This document shows positions 61,526-64,000 of a DNA stretch of 64,000 nucleotides, in pieces. The DNA lies in the NCBI GenBank assembly GCA_963708075.1, contig OY970194.1, positions 1,696,001 through 1,760,000 on the forward strand, given 5' to 3'. Position 1 is the first letter of the stretch. Each line of letters begins with the position of its first letter. The notes beneath the pieces are model-generated. The model was not told where the DNA came from. It saw only the letters and a list, made by a program, of their open reading frames with translations, and did not search any database. The DNA is from Sedimentisphaerales bacterium. GTDB taxonomy: Bacteria > Planctomycetota > Phycisphaerae > Sedimentisphaerales > Anaerobacaceae. The translations under genes and the position numbers were made by a program.

Positions 61526-62377
61526 TCAGGCATGTCGACAGACATCGGACAAGGAACAGCAACTGCACTCCGGTCGATGCCGGCCGGTGCAATTTTCCAG
61601 GATGCCGATTCGGGAGAGCGAGAAATCGTACTTGACCGGATCAGCGGGCTCTATTTCGGCGAAGGCCTCGGTGATCTTCACGGCTGTCCGCAGCGAAGTG
61701 GTCTTGTCGTTGTGAAGGCCCAGGATGCGGCAGAGGCGCGCCATATGCACATCGACGGGAACGATCAGCTTGGCCTTGTCGATGCGCCGCCAGAGGCCCA
61801 CGTCCACCTCGTCGTGCCGGACCATCCAGCGCAGGAACAGGTGCAGTCGCTTGCTGGCGCTGCCCCGGCTTGGACTGGCCAGAAGATAGCCGAGCCCGCC
61901 GGATACACGCCCGCCGTGCGCGTCGGCGTAGAGCCGGCACAGGCTGTCGCAGAACGTGCTCAGGGCCGGCAGCACAGTCGGATGCTCCTCGCGGTAGCCC
62001 TCCAGGAAGAATGATTCCAAGTCGCCGTGATCATCCAGGACTCGACGGAAGAGGTCGAGCAGGTCCCAGATATCACTACCCGCGGTGAATCGATGTTTGA
62101 ACGTGCGAAGGCTTGCCCGACCGGCGCCGTTGAGACGCATGGTGAAGTCGTAGGGCGCCCGGTTCATGCGGTCGAAAAGCTGCGTCAGGCTGCGTTCAAT
62201 CTGTCGCACGCGACCGTAGGCCAGCGCCGTAGCGAGAAACGCGGCGATCTCCATATCCGAGCGCTCGGAGAAACGATAGACGAATTGCAGCGGGTCGGGC
62301 GGCACGAACGCGCGGTGATTGTACCTCGCGTACAGCCGCTCCAGCAGATTCTTTGTTTCCACACTTTCGGCGATCAT
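61526..62377 (-). CDS. TIGR02757/DUF2400 family protein
   Basis: DPLQFV...ALAYG, KRLHLFLRWMVR, PVDVH, DPVKYDF and a C-terminal Cys cluster. Confidence 0.9.
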   Translation of the reverse strand: MIAESVETKNLLERLYARYNHRAFVPPDPLQFVYRFSERSDMEIAAFLATALAYGRVRQIERSLTQLFDRMNRAPYDFTMRLNGAGRASLRTFKHRFTAGSDIWDLLDLFRRVLDDHGDLESFFLEGYREEHPTVLPALSTFCDSLCRLYADAHGGRVSGGLGYLLASPSRGSASKRLHLFLRWMVRHDEVDVGLWRRIDKAKLIVPVDVHMARLCRILGLHNDKTTSLRTAVKITEAFAEIEPADPVKYDFSLSRIGILENCTGRHRPECSCCSLSDVCRHA

Positions 62378-63174
62378 AACGAGCCATCGCTCACCCCCGC
62401 GATGTACCGGCCGTTGCTGCGGAACACTTCCACGCGACAGTCGAAGAGCCTGCTCAGCTTCTCCGAAGTCAGCATCTGCTCGGCCGGGCCTTGCCCCAAC
62501 ACGCCGCCGCCTTTGAGCAGGACCACCTGGTCCACACAGCAAGGCAGCTCATCGAGATGGTGAGTTACGATGACTACGGTCGGATGATTCCGCCGGTTCA
62601 GCAGCCGCTCCAGCACGCCGATGCACGCCGCGCGGGCTCCCATGTCCAGCCCCGCCGTCGGCTCATCGAGCAGCAGCAGACCCGCCTTACCCACCAGCGC
62701 CCGGGCCAGCAGCACCTTCATCTGTTCCCCCGTGGAAAGTTGAGCGAACGCACTGCCGTGATGTTCGCCAAGTCCAAACTGCTCAATCTCCTCATCCACG
62801 CGCCGCCACTGGGCCAATGAAACATCCCGATCAATCGGCAACCGGATCGTCCCGAACAGGCCGGTAGCAACAACCTCGCGAACGGACACACCCCGATCAA
62901 ACGCCGGACTCCGCGAAGGCTCGATCAGCCCAATAGTTGAGCGAGTCTTCGCCAAATCCACTTTCCCGAACACCTGCCCGCCGATACTGACCGCCCCGTT
63001 GCTCGGCCACATATACCCGCCCAAAATAGCCAAGAGCGTCGATTTCCCCGATCCATTCGGTCCCAGTATAGCGCAGCAACTACCTGCCGCGACTTGCACA
63101 GAAATGTCCGTAAGAATAGCCCGCCCCCACCGGACGATGCCGACATTCTCAAGATGTATCGCATGTGCATTCAT
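62374..63174 (-). CDS. ABC transporter ATP-binding protein (ModF-like)
   Basis: GPNGSGKS, LSTGE, LLLDEP and VTHH motifs. Confidence 0.93.
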   Translation of the reverse strand: MNAHAIHLENVGIVRWGRAILTDISVQVAAGSCCAILGPNGSGKSTLLAILGGYMWPSNGAVSIGGQVFGKVDLAKTRSTIGLIEPSRSPAFDRGVSVREVVATGLFGTIRLPIDRDVSLAQWRRVDEEIEQFGLGEHHGSAFAQLSTGEQMKVLLARALVGKAGLLLLDEPTAGLDMGARAACIGVLERLLNRRNHPTVVIVTHHLDELPCCVDQVVLLKGGGVLGQGPAEQMLTSEKLSRLFDCRVEVFRSNGRYIAGVSDGSL

Positions 63175-63302
63175 AAGCCGGCGATGATAACCACACCGAA
63201 GTCCAAATGCACGCCTGTACTCATGGACTCATCGCAGACCATGAGGGGCTCTGCCCCTTCACCCCGGCATTTTGCGCTTCTTGCCAATAGCATGACAGTC
63301 TC

Positions 63303-63437
63303 GTAGGGTGTGCACTGCACACCATCTTCTTCCCATCCTCACAGAGCGTGTAGGGTGGGGCTTGCCCCACCGCTTCCCGGGCCTTCGTTTGGAGTCCCGC
63401 CTTCAGGCAGCCCAGGACCGCGTAAACGCGGGACTCC
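63303..63437. repeat. Cluster of REP-like palindromes
   Basis: GTAGGGTGTGCACTGCACACC, GTAGGGTGGGGCTTGCCCCACC and GGAGTCCCGC...GCGGGACTCC. Confidence 0.65.
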
Positions 63438-63536
63438 CAACGCAGATGCCCTGCGCTGTTTCCCGCCCTCAGAGATGTGGCCATGCTTCTCCGCCAAGGA
63501 CAGCGCAAGTTCCTGGCGATGGGACCGTTTCTTCAC

Positions 63537-63565
63537 TTGCACTATATACGGCAGTGCCGTATATT
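63537..63565 (+). promoter_or_regulatory. Sigma70 promoter with a perfect 10-1-10 palindromic operator (63544-63564)
   Basis: TTGCAC-N17-TATATT; ATATACGGCA-G-TGCCGTATAT. Confidence 0.75.
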
Positions 63566-63574
63566 CAGTACAAT

Positions 63575-63619
63575 ATGAAAATCATCAGAAACCGCATCGT
63601 TCACCAAGTGTCGCGATGA
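63575..63619 (+). pseudogene. Relic of a deleted RelE/HigB-type toxin
   Basis: 14-aa ORF with ATGA overlap to the antitoxin; removing one A gives MKIIETASFTK, like HigB-2/RelE N-termini. Confidence 0.5.
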
Positions 63620-63939
63620 GTAAGACCAAGAAAGTCAACCTATATGCGGCAGTCAAGGAGGGACTCGATGAAATGGTCGCCATTGAGAAGGGCGAGAGAG
63701 AGCCCGTGCGCGTCCATCGCTTCTTCACAAGCAAGGACATAAGAGCCCTTCGCAAAAAGGCTGGTGTCTCACAACGCACCTTTGCGGCCATGCTCGGCGT
63801 CAGTAACAGGACCCTTCAGGATTGGGAACAGGGCCGGCGAATCCCGACCGTGCCCGCCATGAACCTGTTGCGCCTGTACGAAGCCATGCCCAAAGCGACC
63901 ACAAGAGTCATAGCCGAAGAGCCGGCCCTTGCGCCTTAA
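63616..63939 (+). CDS. HigA-2-like XRE helix-turn-helix antitoxin
   Basis: IRALRKKAGVSQRTFAAMLGVSNRTLQDWEQGRRIP. Confidence 0.9.
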   Translation: MSKTKKVNLYAAVKEGLDEMVAIEKGEREPVRVHRFFTSKDIRALRKKAGVSQRTFAAMLGVSNRTLQDWEQGRRIPTVPAMNLLRLYEAMPKATTRVIAEEPALAP

Positions 63940-64000
63940 ATGAATGTGAAATGCGTAGGTGTGACCCCCTGTTCGGGTTGACCCCTTTCCCGTCCCTTCC

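Overview
GC-rich bacterial window, probably Planctomycetota (Phycisphaerae-like). This is inferred from an H-X9-DG-type prepilin-like protein, a short PheT and an exosortase/EpsI/TPR/Wza/Wzc module. Layout: (1) 1-15.0 kb, a minus-strand polysaccharide/amino-sugar biosynthesis operon with an inactivated IS630 and two gene relics. (2) 16-20.5 kb, a frameshifted giant surface protein with a Gly-Gly-Cys C-terminal anchor. (3) pheT and housekeeping genes. (4) 25.7-37.9 kb, an exosortase-linked EPS export operon with a frameshifted giant TPR gene and a Walker-A K->R Wzc. (5) 38.3-41.5 kb, an accessory island with toxin-antitoxin genes and, as the most notable find, a translationally coupled graspetide-like RiPP operon: a four-core TxTxxREE(P/A)DQD precursor, an ATP-grasp macrocyclase and a membrane protein with a collagen tail. 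(6) 41.5-48.8 kb, nrfHA plus an rrf2-cupin-hcp-FeS-permease operon whose operator recurs upstream of a distant hemerythrin gene. (7) 49-64 kb, accessory genes, many REP-like palindromes and orphan antitoxins next to toxin relics. No rRNA, tRNA or CRISPR array was seen. All calls are from manual reading of the sequence; no database searches were run.
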